Source: Alphaproteobacteria bacterium (GTDB lineage: Bacteria > Pseudomonadota > Alphaproteobacteria > GCA-2731375). Taken from it: DNA of 64,000 nt. A program made the position numbers and the translations under genes. The DNA lies in the NCBI GenBank assembly GCA_965225945.1, contig CBDDBZ010000039.1, forward strand, positions 512,001 to 576,000, given 5' to 3'. Shown one piece after another: positions 62,652 to 64,000 of the stretch (position 1 is its first letter; every line of letters begins with the position of its first letter). Under the pieces are notes generated by a model that saw nothing but the letters and a program-made list of their open reading frames with translations, ran no database searches and was not told where the DNA came from.

Positions 62652-62887
62652 GGATCGACCTCCTGTTAGTGGCAACGGCACCTCCGGTCGCCTCGGCCGC
62701 GCCCTCGCGCCACCGCCTTCCTCGAGCCGTTGCCTTTTCCCGCCGCGCCGACGACCATCGCCAGCGCGCGCCGGTTAGATGAGGCATTCTATGCGGCGAT
62801 CCACGTCACGAATTGTAAAGAATCTGTGATGACGCGACGCGCCTCGACGGTGGCGTTCCTATAACTAGGGCGCGAGGGAGGCGAGAG

Positions 62888-63730
62888 ATGACGATCGGCC
62901 GCATGAGCTTGGCGATCCTGCTGCTGCTGGCGGCGAATTTGGCGCGGGCCGGTATCGTGGCGCCGGAGAGCGTGGGGGTGCCCGCCGGCGCATTCGTCCA
63001 AGGCTCCGACCGGGCCGAGCGGGAGGCCGCCTACCGATTGGACGAGCGCGCCTACGGTCACGACCTCACCCGGCGCGACAAATGGTACGAGGACGAGCCC
63101 CGCCGACGCCTGGAGCTGCCGGCCTTCCGGATCACCAAGACGGCGATCACCAACTGTCAATACGGCCAATTCCTGGCCGCGAACGACCGTGCCGCCCCCG
63201 ACGTCAGGCGCGACGTCTGGAAGAGTTACGGGCTGATCCATCCCTATTCCCGGACCCGCCGCCATGCCTGGCGCGACGGCGCGCCGCCGCCGGGACGCGA
63301 GGACCACCCCGTGGTCCTGGTGAACCACGCCGACGTCCGGGCCTACGCGGCCTGGCTGTCGGAGACGACGGGCGTCACCTGGCGGTTGCCGAGCGAGGCG
63401 GAGTGGGAAAAGGCGGCCCGCGGCAGCGCCGGGCGCCGCTATCCGTGGGGCGACGCGTTCGAGGCGGGGCGCCTGAACAGCCACGACGCGGGGCCGTTCG
63501 ATACCATGGCCGTCGGCCGCTTTCCCGACGGCGCCAGCCCCTTTGGCCTGCTGGACGCCGCCGGACAGGTCTTCGAATGGACGGCGACGACGGCCGGCGC
63601 CGGGCGCCATATCGTCAAGGGCGGCTCGTGGGACGACAAGGGCTGCGGGGTCTGCCGTCCGGCGGCGCGCCATTCCAGACCCGATTTTCTCAAGCACATC
63701 CTGGTCGGCTTCCGGCTGGTGCGGCAATGA
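62888..63730 (+). CDS. Exported formylglycine-generating enzyme (SUMF1/FGE-sulfatase) family protein
   Basis: Signal peptide, GAFVQGS, HPVVLV, RLPSEAEWEKAARG, YPWG, GQVFEW, KGGSW, GFR. Confidence 0.92.
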   Translation: MTIGRMSLAILLLLAANLARAGIVAPESVGVPAGAFVQGSDRAEREAAYRLDERAYGHDLTRRDKWYEDEPRRRLELPAFRITKTAITNCQYGQFLAANDRAAPDVRRDVWKSYGLIHPYSRTRRHAWRDGAPPPGREDHPVVLVNHADVRAYAAWLSETTGVTWRLPSEAEWEKAARGSAGRRYPWGDAFEAGRLNSHDAGPFDTMAVGRFPDGASPFGLLDAAGQVFEWTATTAGAGRHIVKGGSWDDKGCGVCRPAARHSRPDFLKHILVGFRLVRQ

Positions 63731-63809
63731 TGCTAGAGAGGGCGAGGCGCGGACGTCTCGGGGGGTCTTTCAATCTCCTCGAAACGGCGAATGATCGGGA
63801 GCCATCGCG

Positions 63810-64000
63810 ATGGCGCTGTTCGACGAACTCGAGACCGAACGCATCGAGGAGATGCTGCAGGCGGGAGCTGAGATCGAGGAATGCTACCGGGTGCTGCGCA
63901 AGGTCGACGCCAACATCGTCGGCGAGATTCTGAAAGGCCACGGCACCTTCTACGAATGGGATCACTACCCGCCGGGGGACGTCTTCGACGACGAGACCCA
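63810..64000 (+). CDS. Hypothetical protein, truncated by the window edge (recalls DUF6969)
   Basis: MALFDELETERIEEMLQAGAEIEECYRVLRKVDANIVGEILKGHGTFYEWDHYPPGDVFDDET; family call from memory of the HYPPGDV.D motif only. Confidence 0.6.
   Translation, partial: MALFDELETERIEEMLQAGAEIEECYRVLRKVDANIVGEILKGHGTFYEWDHYPPGDVFDDET

Overview
High-GC Alphaproteobacteria-like window. The gene order degP-serB/miaA-ilvBNC and mreBCD-mrdA-rodA suggests a Rhodospirillales-type chromosome (inference). It carries housekeeping genes, two catabolic clusters (deaminase + hydantoinase A/B; TRAP + amidohydrolase + M20), tRNA-Arg(ACG) and a HigBA module. About 14.7 kb (~23%) is insertion-sequence DNA; boundaries and target duplications were read directly for most elements. 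These include a triple-nested IS66>IS1595>IS21 stack, a transposase-less IS1595-type cassette splitting a GST gene, an IS3-like element with a 14-bp target duplication, two IS4 copies (one catalytically mutated), four IS630-family elements (three at host stop codons) and a 158-bp MITE. Several pseudogenes are present. The strongest candidate for an undescribed system is at the right end (60977-64000). Two paralogous, probably exported proteins share a leader and carry tandem CGACNPCAAKKA repeats, one standalone and one fused to a cytochrome P460-like heme domain. They lie divergent from an exported formylglycine-generating-enzyme (FGE/SUMF1)-like gene and a further conserved-looking hypothetical gene. 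All family assignments are from motif recognition, not database searches.
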